DNA of 24,000 nucleotides from Alistipes sp. (GTDB lineage Bacteria; Bacteroidota; Bacteroidia; Bacteroidales; Rikenellaceae): positions 16,568-40,567 of the forward strand of contig NZ_DBFWLG010000034.1 of the NCBI RefSeq assembly GCF_048465575.1. Reading direction: 5' to 3'. Made by a program: the position numbers and the translations under genes. Positions 7,179 to 17,725 of this stretch are shown in pieces (positions within the stretch are counted from its first letter, which is position 1; each line of letters starts with the position of its first letter). Under the pieces are notes generated by a model, which made no database searches, was not told where the DNA came from, and saw only the letters and a list, made by a program, of their open reading frames with translations.

Positions 7179-9206
7179 ATGGCAGACCGGATCAGATTAC
7201 TGCCCGAGATCGTCGCCAACCAGATCGCGGCGGGCGAGGTGGTCAACCGGCCCGCCTCGGTGGTGAAAGAGATGATGGAGAACGCCATCGACGCAGGGGC
7301 TACGCGCGTGCAGGTCAATTTCCGCGACGGCGGCAAGGACCTCATCCAGATCGTCGACAACGGCTGCGGCATGTCGCCCATCGACGCGCGGATGGCTTTC
7401 GACCGCCACGCCACGAGCAAAATATCGTCGGTGGATGACATCTACGCCCTCCGCACGTTCGGCTTCCGCGGCGAGGCGCTCGCCTCGATCTCCGCCGTGG
7501 CGCAGGTCGAACTGCGCTCGCGGCAGGAGGGCGACCCGATGGGAACCCAGACCGAAATCAACGGCGGGGAGTTCGTGCGCCAGACGCCCGTCATGTGCCC
7601 CGTGGGGTCGCAGTTCTATGTGCGCAACCTCTTCTACAACGTGCCGGCGCGCCGCCGGTTTCTGGACAAGAGCACCACGTCGGCGTCGCAGATCAAGAGC
7701 GAGTTCCAGCGCGTCGCGCTGTGCAATCCCGGCGTGGCTTTCGAACTCTACGCGAACGACGCCCCGATCTACATGCTCGCGGCCGGCTCGCTCGCCGCGC
7801 GCATCGTCGAGGTCGTCGGGCGGCATATCAAACAGAATCTGCTGGAGGTCGAGGCCGACACTTCGATCGCCCGCATCGAGGGGTATATCGGCCGCCCGGC
7901 GGCCGCCAAGCGGCGCAATACGGAGCAGTATTTGTTCGTCAACGGCCGCTATTTCCGCAGTTCGTACCTTGCGAGCGCGATTCTCAAGGCCTACGAAAAG
8001 CTGATCCCCGAGAGTTGCACGCCCTCCTATTTCCTCTACCTTACGATCGACCCCGCGCGCATCGACGTGAACGTCCATCCGCAGAAAACCGAGGTCAAGT
8101 TCGCCGACGAGGAGGCGGTGTGGCAGATCGTGAACGCCGCCGTTCGGGAGACGCTGGCAAAGACGGGCGCCGTGCCGCTGATGGATTTCGACCGCGAGGG
8201 CGATGTGGAGATACCCGTCATGCAGAAAGGGGCTGTGTACAGCGAACCGCGGGCCATGTCCAACGCCGACTACAACCCGTTCCGCGAGGAGTATATCGAC
8301 CCCTCGGCTCCCGACCCCAACGTCGATTTCGCGGGATTCGACGTGCCTTTCCGCGATCCGGCTGCCGGCGTGTCGGATGCCGGCGCGTGCTTCAGCGCCG
8401 GGGAGAGCGGCGGTTCGGGCACGGTATCTCCGGCAGCCGGTTTCGGCGCCGAAGCGGATGGCTTCCGTGTCGGGTCCGGAGCCTTTCGGTCGTTCGGCGC
8501 TTCGGCGGGCGGATTCTCCCTTTCAGGCGACGCTTCGGAGGCGTTCGAGGAGTTCGTTTCGGGAGAGGACGGCGAGAGCCTCATCGAATTCGTTTCGTCG
8601 GAGGGCGATGCGGAGCAGCAGCGGTTGGATGTGGATCGGCGGGCCGAATTTTCGGAGCCGTTGTCCGTGGGCGGCGGGTACCTGGTCGCCCTCATGGACG
8701 GCCGCTTGGTCGCAGTGGATGTGCGCCGGGCCCGCGAACGCATCCTCTACGAGGAGTACCTCGGGATGCTGGGGCACGGCTCGTCGGTGAGCCAGCAACT
8801 GCTCTTTCCCGAGCGGCTGGTGCTCTCCGGCGATGAATATGCGCTCCTGGAGCAACAGGCTGTGGAGTTCGCAGCGCTGGGGTTCGACATCGATTTCAAG
8901 GGCGAGGGGGCTATCGAGGTGAAAGGGACGCCGGCCGACATGCCAGCGGATTCGGTGGATACGCTGCTGTTCGAACTGTTGCAGGCCTTTGCGACGCCGG
9001 GGTCGCTCGCCGATCTCAGGCGCGAGAAGATCGCCGCCGTGATGGCGCGCAGCGGCGCCCGCAGCGTGCCCCGTCAGCTCGGACGGCCGGAGGCAGAGGC
9101 GCTTCTGGCACAGCTCGCCGCCACGGGCAATATCAGTTTTTCGCCCTCGGGCAAAGCCGTCGTGGCCGAAATCACGCCCGAAGATTTGCGCGCCAAACTG
9201 GGTTGA
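7179..9206 (+). CDS. mutL: DNA mismatch repair protein MutL
   Basis: GHKL ATPase N-terminus (IRLLPEIVANQIAAGEVVNRPASVVKEMMENAIDAG, DNGCGM, FGFRGEAL), a G/S/A/F-rich disordered linker and a MutL C-terminal dimerisation domain. The endonuclease motifs are degenerate (see findings). Confidence 0.95.
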   Translation: MADRIRLLPEIVANQIAAGEVVNRPASVVKEMMENAIDAGATRVQVNFRDGGKDLIQIVDNGCGMSPIDARMAFDRHATSKISSVDDIYALRTFGFRGEALASISAVAQVELRSRQEGDPMGTQTEINGGEFVRQTPVMCPVGSQFYVRNLFYNVPARRRFLDKSTTSASQIKSEFQRVALCNPGVAFELYANDAPIYMLAAGSLAARIVEVVGRHIKQNLLEVEADTSIARIEGYIGRPAAAKRRNTEQYLFVNGRYFRSSYLASAILKAYEKLIPESCTPSYFLYLTIDPARIDVNVHPQKTEVKFADEEAVWQIVNAAVRETLAKTGAVPLMDFDREGDVEIPVMQKGAVYSEPRAMSNADYNPFREEYIDPSAPDPNVDFAGFDVPFRDPAAGVSDAGACFSAGESGGSGTVSPAAGFGAEADGFRVGSGAFRSFGASAGGFSLSGDASEAFEEFVSGEDGESLIEFVSSEGDAEQQRLDVDRRAEFSEPLSVGGGYLVALMDGRLVAVDVRRARERILYEEYLGMLGHGSSVSQQLLFPERLVLSGDEYALLEQQAVEFAALGFDIDFKGEGAIEVKGTPADMPADSVDTLLFELLQAFATPGSLADLRREKIAAVMARSGARSVPRQLGRPEAEALLAQLAATGNISFSPSGKAVVAEITPEDLRAKLG

Positions 9207-9231
9207 TGTCCCGCAGAAAGAGAAAAAAGGT

Positions 9232-9239
9232 TATATTTG
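9232..9239 (+). promoter_or_regulatory. Perfect Bacteroidota -7 box TAtaTTTG, 26 nt after the mutL stop
   Basis: Exact match to TAnnTTTG. No well-spaced -33 TTTG. It would give a leader of roughly 200 nt for the rhomboid operon. Confidence 0.4.
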
Positions 9240-9280
9240 CAGAGCGCAAGCAAGCCGCCGGCCGAAAACGGCAACCCGCC

Positions 9281-9307
9281 TTGCGACCCCTCGACGATGC
9301 TCGGGGA
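9281..9307. repeat. Dispersed intergenic repeat, copy 2 (TTGCGACCCCTCGAC-N3-GCTCGGGGA); a partial third copy TTGCGACCTCTCGGG lies at 9357..9371
   Basis: Arms are identical to copy 1 at 1394..1421. Confidence 0.8.
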
Positions 9308-9452
9308 ATGAAAAAATGGATTGTGGCGGAAAGCGGAGAAATCCGGAGCCTCGCATTTGCGACCTCTCGGGAAAGCCGCCGCAGGCGGATTGCAGTGCAT
9401 TTGTGGATAGGAGTGCAAACAGCGAAGAATAACAAATAGAGAAAAGATAGAA

Positions 9453-10055
9453 ATGAACCGTTTTTTTCAGACCCCGCCGGTTGTCAAGAATTTGATAATC
9501 ATCAATCTGCTGATCTTCATGGCCACGGCCCTGCTGCCCGTGGGCGAGCGGATCATGGGCTGGGGCGCGCTTTCGCTCGGAACGCCGCTCTTCCACACCT
9601 ACCAGTTCATCACCTACATGTTCCTGCACGCCAATTTCGAACACATCTTCTTCAACATGTTTGCCCTGTGGATGTTCGGGCGCACGCTGGAGTACGAACT
9701 GGGATCGAAGCGGTTTCTGATCTATTACATGATCTGCGGCGTGGGCGCCGCGCTGATCCAGTACCTCACGGCCCTGGCCTTTGGCGAACTGCCCCTTTTC
9801 CTGGTCGGCGCTTCGGGGGCGGTGATGGGGCTGCTGCTGGCATTCGGGGTGATGCACCCCAACGCGGTCATCATGCTGCTGATCCCGCCCATCCCGATGA
9901 AAGCCAAGTGGTTCGTCATCATCTACGCCGTGATCGAGCTGTTCCTCGGCTGGCGGGGCGTGGGCAATGTGGCCCATTTCGCCCATATCGGCGGCATGCT
10001 TTGGGGCTTTCTGCTGCTCCACTGGTGGAAACGCAGGGGGATAATCCGCTTCTGA
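9453..10055 (+). CDS. Rhomboid-family intramembrane serine protease
   Basis: 200 aa, polytopic. Has the HxxxxHxxxN motif (LHANFEHIFFN), the catalytic GxSG (GASGAVMGLL) and the TM6 His (AHFAHIGGMLWG). Confidence 0.93.
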   Translation: MNRFFQTPPVVKNLIIINLLIFMATALLPVGERIMGWGALSLGTPLFHTYQFITYMFLHANFEHIFFNMFALWMFGRTLEYELGSKRFLIYYMICGVGAALIQYLTALAFGELPLFLVGASGAVMGLLLAFGVMHPNAVIMLLIPPIPMKAKWFVIIYAVIELFLGWRGVGNVAHFAHIGGMLWGFLLLHWWKRRGIIRF

Positions 10056-10056
10056 T

Positions 10057-11202
10057 ATGGCCGAGTCCTATTACGACGGGTACGGAAGCCGCTCGGCGAG
10101 GCCGCGGCGGAGCCTGGCGATGTGGCTGCTGGATGCGGTCATGACATTGCTCACGCTGGTCGTCGCGGTGACCATGGCGGTCACCTATTTCGTGCCCTAT
10201 ACCAACCCGGCGCGGGTCTGGTTCTTTCCGCTGCTGGGGCTGGCCGCTCCGGCGGTCTACGTCGCCACGCTCGTGCTGGCGCTCTACTGGATCATCCGCT
10301 GGCGCTGGCTGCGGGCCGGGACGATGCTGGTGCTGGTCGCGGCGGGACTCTTTCAGGTCTCGTTGTTCTGGCGGCCCGAATTGCGGCGCAACTACCACGC
10401 CCAAGCCTACGACCGCGCGGCTATCAAGGTGATGACCTACAACGTCCGTAACTTTTACGGCGAAAAGGGCGGTAGCAGCGTAGAAGACATTCTGGCTCTG
10501 ATCGAGGAGCAGGACCCCGACGTGATCTGCTTGCAGGAGTTCAATGCGCGGCTGGCCCAAAAGGAGGAGGGCTTCGAGCGGATCGAAGAGAAATACGAGC
10601 GCGCGGCGTTCGGGCGTACCCAGCTTCCCGATTCGCTGCACGGCACGCCGCTGATGATTCTGAGCAAGTACCGCATCCTCAGATCGGGGACCGTGCTGAC
10701 CCCGGCCTCGTCGGTCTGGGCCGACCTCGTGATCGGCGAGGACACGGTGCGGGTGTTCAACAACCACCTGCGCTCGACGGCCATCACGGCGTCGGACAAC
10801 GAGTACCTGACGCGCCGCGGGTTTCTTTCCGATACGGCCCGCGAGGTCAAGTTGCGCAGCATGGTGGACCGTTACCGTGAAAACAGCGTGTTGCGAGCCG
10901 CCCAGGTCGACTCGATCGCCCGGGTGGTCGCCGCGGTTCCGACGCGCCGCATCCTGTGCGGCGATTTCAACGACACGCCCATGTCCTACGTCTACCGCAC
11001 GATGGCCCGCGGGCTCAACGACGCTTTCTCGGCGTGCGGATCGGGCTATTCGCATACCTACCGGGGGTTTTACAACATGCTGCGCATCGACTACGTGCTC
11101 TCGTCCGAGGGGTTCGAGACCATCTCCTACGAGGTGCCGGCGGTCGACTATTCGGATCATCATCCCGTCCTTGTACGGCTCAGGAAGCATACTACCCACT
11201 AA
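10057..11202 (+). CDS. Membrane-anchored endonuclease/exonuclease/phosphatase (EEP) family protein
   Basis: 381 aa with three N-terminal hydrophobic helices. EEP motifs follow: VMTYNVRNF, DVICLQEF, FNNHL, GDFNDTP, SDHHPV. It starts 1 nt after the rhomboid stop. Confidence 0.9.
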   Translation: MAESYYDGYGSRSARPRRSLAMWLLDAVMTLLTLVVAVTMAVTYFVPYTNPARVWFFPLLGLAAPAVYVATLVLALYWIIRWRWLRAGTMLVLVAAGLFQVSLFWRPELRRNYHAQAYDRAAIKVMTYNVRNFYGEKGGSSVEDILALIEEQDPDVICLQEFNARLAQKEEGFERIEEKYERAAFGRTQLPDSLHGTPLMILSKYRILRSGTVLTPASSVWADLVIGEDTVRVFNNHLRSTAITASDNEYLTRRGFLSDTAREVKLRSMVDRYRENSVLRAAQVDSIARVVAAVPTRRILCGDFNDTPMSYVYRTMARGLNDAFSACGSGYSHTYRGFYNMLRIDYVLSSEGFETISYEVPAVDYSDHHPVLVRLRKHTTH

Positions 11203-11214
11203 AAAAATACGATT

Positions 11215-11664
11215 ATGATTTTCGATTCCCTGAAAAACTGCGCGACCTATTACGGCGTGAATCCGCGCATGAAGCGTGCTTTCGAACTGATCCGCTCGAC
11301 CGACTGGACCGCCACGGAGCCGGGCATTCACCACCTGGACGGCAAGGACATCTACGTCAACGTGATGGAGCGCTGCCTGAAGCAGCGCGCCGATGCCAAA
11401 CTGGAGGTGCACAACGAGTATATCGACATTCAGGTGCTCGTTGCGGGCCGCGAGGAGGCGTTCGGCTGGAGCGACCGCGCCGATGTGAAAAAGCCCCAGG
11501 GCGATTTCAACGCAGAGAAGGATATTCAGTTCTTCGACGACGAGCCGCAGACCTACTACACGCTGCGGCCCGGACAGTTCACGATCCTCTTTCCGGAGGA
11601 CGCCCACGCGCCGATGGTCGGTGAGGGCACGGTACGCAAGATCATCGTCAAGGTCCGCAAGTAA
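11215..11664 (+). CDS. YhcH/YjgK/YiaL (DUF386, EbgC-like) family protein
   Basis: 149 aa with the family-typical N-terminus MIFDSLKN...Y and C-terminal FTILFPEDAHAP. It starts 12 nt after the EEP gene. Confidence 0.8.
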   Translation: MIFDSLKNCATYYGVNPRMKRAFELIRSTDWTATEPGIHHLDGKDIYVNVMERCLKQRADAKLEVHNEYIDIQVLVAGREEAFGWSDRADVKKPQGDFNAEKDIQFFDDEPQTYYTLRPGQFTILFPEDAHAPMVGEGTVRKIIVKVRK

Positions 11665-11763
11665 GCGGGAACCGGACGGCTGCTTGCAGGAGGGCGACAC
11701 GACAGCGTGCTGTGCGGCGGAGCGTCCGAAGCGGAGTGCCGCCTGCCTGAACCCATGACCCGT

Positions 11764-11793
11764 GCGGTCCGGCCATGCGCCGGGCCGCTTTTT
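11764..11793 (+). terminator. Rho-independent terminator closing the rhomboid-EEP-yhcH unit
   Basis: GCGGTCCGGC catgc GCCGGGCCGC (10-bp stem with one G-U pair) followed by TTTTT. Confidence 0.7.
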
Positions 11794-11849
11794 CGTGCCT
11801 GCGGATGAAAAAATCGGTCGGAAGCGCTTGCCGTTCGGGAAATTATCGC

Positions 11850-11857
11850 TACATTTA
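11850..11857 (+). promoter_or_regulatory. Candidate -7 box TAcaTTTA for the GH2 gene, with cTTG about 20 nt upstream
   Basis: 7 of 8 match to TAnnTTTG, 28 nt upstream of the ATG at 11885. TTG at 11827-11829 leaves a 20-nt spacer. Confidence 0.4.
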
Positions 11858-11872
11858 TTCGCTTCATTCTGA

Positions 11873-14962
<3,090 letters not shown>

Positions 14963-14980
14963 CGCGGACGGATAAACGCA

Positions 14981-15015
14981 AGAACGGGTGTACGGTCCAA
15001 ACGTACACCCGTTCT
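14981..15015. terminator. Bidirectional stem-loop between the convergent GH2 and GH13 genes
   Basis: Perfect 14-bp stem AGAACGGGTGTACG / CGTACACCCGTTCT with a 7-nt loop. Outer ACGGAT/ATCCGT pairing is also possible. No clean U-tract on either side. Confidence 0.6.
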
Positions 15016-15032
15016 GCATCCGTACCGGCGGG

Positions 15033-16475
15033 TTATTTTTTGACCCAGACGGCCAGCTTGCCGCCCCGGACCTTGAAGAGGGCTTTGCCGTCGGGACCGA
15101 TGGTCACCTCTTCGTCGATGCTGCCGGTGATCTCGTGCCACGTCTCGCCTGCGTGCGCTTCGCCCACGCTCATCTCCTTTTCGCCGTCCTCGCCGTTGGA
15201 GAGGAGCAGGGCCACTCCCGAACCGGGATGCTCCGCATCGCCCGTGCGCGTGAGCCCGACCGTGCTGGGGTGGTCGAAATAATCGTTCTGATCGCCGAAA
15301 GCCTTGCTGCGGCGCGCTTCGAGCAGGATGTCGAGAATCTTGCGGTGGGGCGACGCCTCGCCGCCCATGCTGTAATAGTCGCCGTAAAAGATGCACGGAT
15401 AGCCCTCTTTCATCAGGAGGATCAGTGCGTAGGCCTGCGGCTTGAACCACGATTTGACCTGCGACTCGAGCGAGCTGCCCCGCTGCGAGTCGTGGTTGTC
15501 GACGAACGTGACCGCCAGGGTGGGGTATTTCTTGACCAGCGTGTCGTCCAGCAGCGTGCGCATGTCGAACCCGCCGCCCTCCTGCGAAGCCTGGAAGAGT
15601 TTGAAATGGAGCGGCGCGTCGAACAGATCGACCGAGTGGTCCACGGCATCGAGGTAGGCCTCCAGGTCGGCGAAATCCCCGCTCCAGTACTCGCCCACGG
15701 CGTAGAACTCCTTGCCCCGCGCGGCCCGGACGGCGTGCATGAAATCGGCGATGAAGCTGTTTTCGATGTGCTTGAGCGCATCGAGCCGCATGCCGTCGGC
15801 GTCGAGCGTCTCGGAGATCCAGACGCCCCATCTCTTCATCTGGTCCACGACCTCGGGGTGGTCGAAATCGACATCGTTGAAGATCAGAAAGTCGTAGTTT
15901 CCGTTCTCGCTGTCGACGCCCTCGCTCCACCTTTTGCCCTCGCCCTGGATGAGGTAGATGGCCCGCTTGCCCGTTTCGTACACCTGGTCGGTGCCCGAGA
16001 AGTGGTACCAGTGCCATTTGAAATCGGAGTATTTGTCGCCGCGGCCCGGAAAGGTGTAACCGGTCCAACCCTCGACCTCCTTGGGCTCGCCGATGATCTT
16101 CTCGCGGTCGGTAGGGTCGACCTCGCGGGCCATGAATTTCTCGGTGTAGTCGGCCCCCGTTTTCTGGTTCATCACCGTGTCGATATAGACCGAAATGCCG
16201 TTTTCGTGCAGGGCTGCGACGGCCTCTTTCAGCTCCGAGATGGTGCCGTATTTGGTCCGCACGGTCCCTTTCTGGTCGAATTCGCCCAGGTCGTAGAGGT
16301 CGTAGACGGCGTAGCCCTCGTCCTGCTGCTCGTCGGCCTTGTAGGCGGGCGGAATCCATACCGACGTCACGCCCGCGTCGTGCAGGTGCTTTGCGTCTTC
16401 TTTCAGTTGTGTCCACAGTTTTCCGTCGTTGGGCAGATTCCATTCGAAATACTGCATCATTACTCCGTTTTTCAT
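15033..16475 (-). CDS. Cytoplasmic GH13 alpha-amylase (Bacillus licheniformis / E. coli AmyA type, GH13_5-like)
   Basis: 480 aa from MKNGVMMQYFEWNLPNDGKLW, with no signal peptide. Has GH13 regions II DGMRLDALKHI, III YAVGEYW and IV FVDNHDSQ. Region I reads DTVMNQ. The tracked 840-aa ORF is this gene plus an artefactual upstream extension. Confidence 0.92.
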   Translation of the reverse strand: MKNGVMMQYFEWNLPNDGKLWTQLKEDAKHLHDAGVTSVWIPPAYKADEQQDEGYAVYDLYDLGEFDQKGTVRTKYGTISELKEAVAALHENGISVYIDTVMNQKTGADYTEKFMAREVDPTDREKIIGEPKEVEGWTGYTFPGRGDKYSDFKWHWYHFSGTDQVYETGKRAIYLIQGEGKRWSEGVDSENGNYDFLIFNDVDFDHPEVVDQMKRWGVWISETLDADGMRLDALKHIENSFIADFMHAVRAARGKEFYAVGEYWSGDFADLEAYLDAVDHSVDLFDAPLHFKLFQASQEGGGFDMRTLLDDTLVKKYPTLAVTFVDNHDSQRGSSLESQVKSWFKPQAYALILLMKEGYPCIFYGDYYSMGGEASPHRKILDILLEARRSKAFGDQNDYFDHPSTVGLTRTGDAEHPGSGVALLLSNGEDGEKEMSVGEAHAGETWHEITGSIDEEVTIGPDGKALFKVRGGKLAVWVKK

Positions 16476-16519
16476 AGCGTTCGTATTTGTTTCGCTGCCG
16501 CATACTGCAAAGCGTGTGC

Positions 16520-16558
16520 AAAAACGGCAAGGCGCCCCGAAAAACGTTTCGGGACGCC
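16520..16558 (-). terminator. Stem-loop between the catalase and amylase genes
   Basis: On the - strand: GGCGTCCCGAAA cgtt TTTCGGGGCGCC (12-bp stem with one mismatch). The T5 run follows only after a 6-nt spacer. Confidence 0.45.
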
Positions 16559-16582
16559 CTGCGCGGTGCGGTCGGGAAGCAC

Positions 16583-17551
16583 TCAGTCCTGCTCGGCCGG
16601 CTCGCGGCGGCGACTCTTCGGGGCCTCGTCGTAGTCGGACCACTGGAGGTTCGAGGTGGGCATAGAACGCTTGATCTCCTGGCTGCGCTCCTTGCTCAGC
16701 CGCTTGTCGGCCGTGCGAACCGTGGAGGTCGTGCGGTCTGTGCCCACGGGTTTGAGGTCCGTCAGCCCCTCGGTGCGGACGACCTGCTCGTAGGGGTTCT
16801 CGACATACTGCCAGTCCTCGCCCAGTCCCGTGCTGACGCCTTCGTTCCACGGTCCGCGGGCCTCCTCGCCCATCGAGTGGTTGGAGTAGAGGTTGCTGTA
16901 ACGCGGGTCGCTTTGCAGCACGCCCGGCGGGAAATTGGGCTGAATGGTGTCCAGCGCGGCCTCGAACTGCTGGAAGTGGGCCACCTCGCGCGTCATCAGG
17001 AAATTGAGCGTGGCCTGCACGTCCTTGTCGTCGGTGAACTGCATGAGGTATTCGTAGACGATCTTGGCACGCGACTCGGCGGCGATGTCCGACCGCAGGT
17101 CGACCGTCAGATCGCTGTTGGCATTGACGTAGGCGCCCTGCCAGGGGAAGCCGTTGCTGTCCGTCAGGCGGGGGCCGCCGCCCGTCAGCACGCCGAACTG
17201 CGGATTGATCGAAAAGGCCGCATGGATCACGTCCTCCTTGCTGTTGCCCTCGCCGAAGACGTCGTTCTTCTCGGCGGCGTCCTTGAGGTTGCCGTTGACC
17301 CCGGCCAGCAGCATCTGGATGGTGGCGCCGACGATCTCGAGGTGCCCGAGCTCTTCGGTGGCGATGTCCATCAGCATGTCGTACTTGTCGGGATAGGGGT
17401 TGTGGCAGGCGAACGCCTGGACGAAATACTGCATGGCAGCTTTCAATTCGCCGTTCGGGCCGCCGAACTGCTCGAGCAAAAGGCGGGCGAAACGGGGGTC
17501 CGGGCGCGATACCCGGGCGTTGAACTGGAGTTCTTTGGAGTGGAAAAACAT
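16583..17551 (-). CDS. Manganese catalase family protein
   Basis: 322 aa. N-terminus MFFHSKELQFNARVSRPDPRFARLLLEQFGGPNGELKAAMQYFVQAF and the di-Mn ligand motif ATEELGHLE are typical of Mn-catalases (KatN/YdbD/CotJC family). Confidence 0.93.
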   Translation of the reverse strand: MFFHSKELQFNARVSRPDPRFARLLLEQFGGPNGELKAAMQYFVQAFACHNPYPDKYDMLMDIATEELGHLEIVGATIQMLLAGVNGNLKDAAEKNDVFGEGNSKEDVIHAAFSINPQFGVLTGGGPRLTDSNGFPWQGAYVNANSDLTVDLRSDIAAESRAKIVYEYLMQFTDDKDVQATLNFLMTREVAHFQQFEAALDTIQPNFPPGVLQSDPRYSNLYSNHSMGEEARGPWNEGVSTGLGEDWQYVENPYEQVVRTEGLTDLKPVGTDRTTSTVRTADKRLSKERSQEIKRSMPTSNLQWSDYDEAPKSRRREPAEQD

Positions 17552-17683
17552 ACAATTATCGTTTTAATTGGTTGAACTTGCGGCAGGGCCTGAATCGTCC
17601 GAAAAGGCACCGATCTGTTCCGTACAGGGCAAATGGCTTGCCAAAAAAAACGGTTTGCGAGGAGTTTGCGGTCCTTGAAACCC

Positions 17684-17712
17684 ACAAAAAAACGGCCGCC
17701 GACGCGGCCGTT
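17684..17712 (-). terminator. Rho-independent terminator of the S/Y/G/Q-rich protein gene
   Basis: On the - strand: ACGGCCGC gtcg GCGGCCGT immediately followed by TTTTTT, 14 nt after the stop codon. Confidence 0.75.
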
Positions 17713-17725
17713 ACTTGCGTTAGGA

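Noticed and set aside
8340-8640. G/S/A/F-rich low-complexity stretch inside MutL, which spawns several overlapping ORFs
   Set aside because: It lies at the position of the naturally disordered linker between the MutL N- and C-terminal domains. The frame is continuous, so it is not an insertion element or a frameshift.
9203-9439. 78-aa very basic ORF (MMSRRKRKKVIF...) in the mutL-rhomboid spacer
   Set aside because: Its third-position GC is far lower than in the real genes. It is built over the dispersed repeat copies and overlaps the mutL stop. It is more likely non-coding leader sequence.
15033-17555. 840-aa ORF that seems to fuse the alpha-amylase with a long N-terminal extension
   Set aside because: Only the last 480 codons (from MKNGVMMQYFEW, ATG at 16475) are amylase. 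The upstream part overlaps the Mn-catalase gene out of frame, crosses the 16531-16558 hairpin and has junk-like composition.
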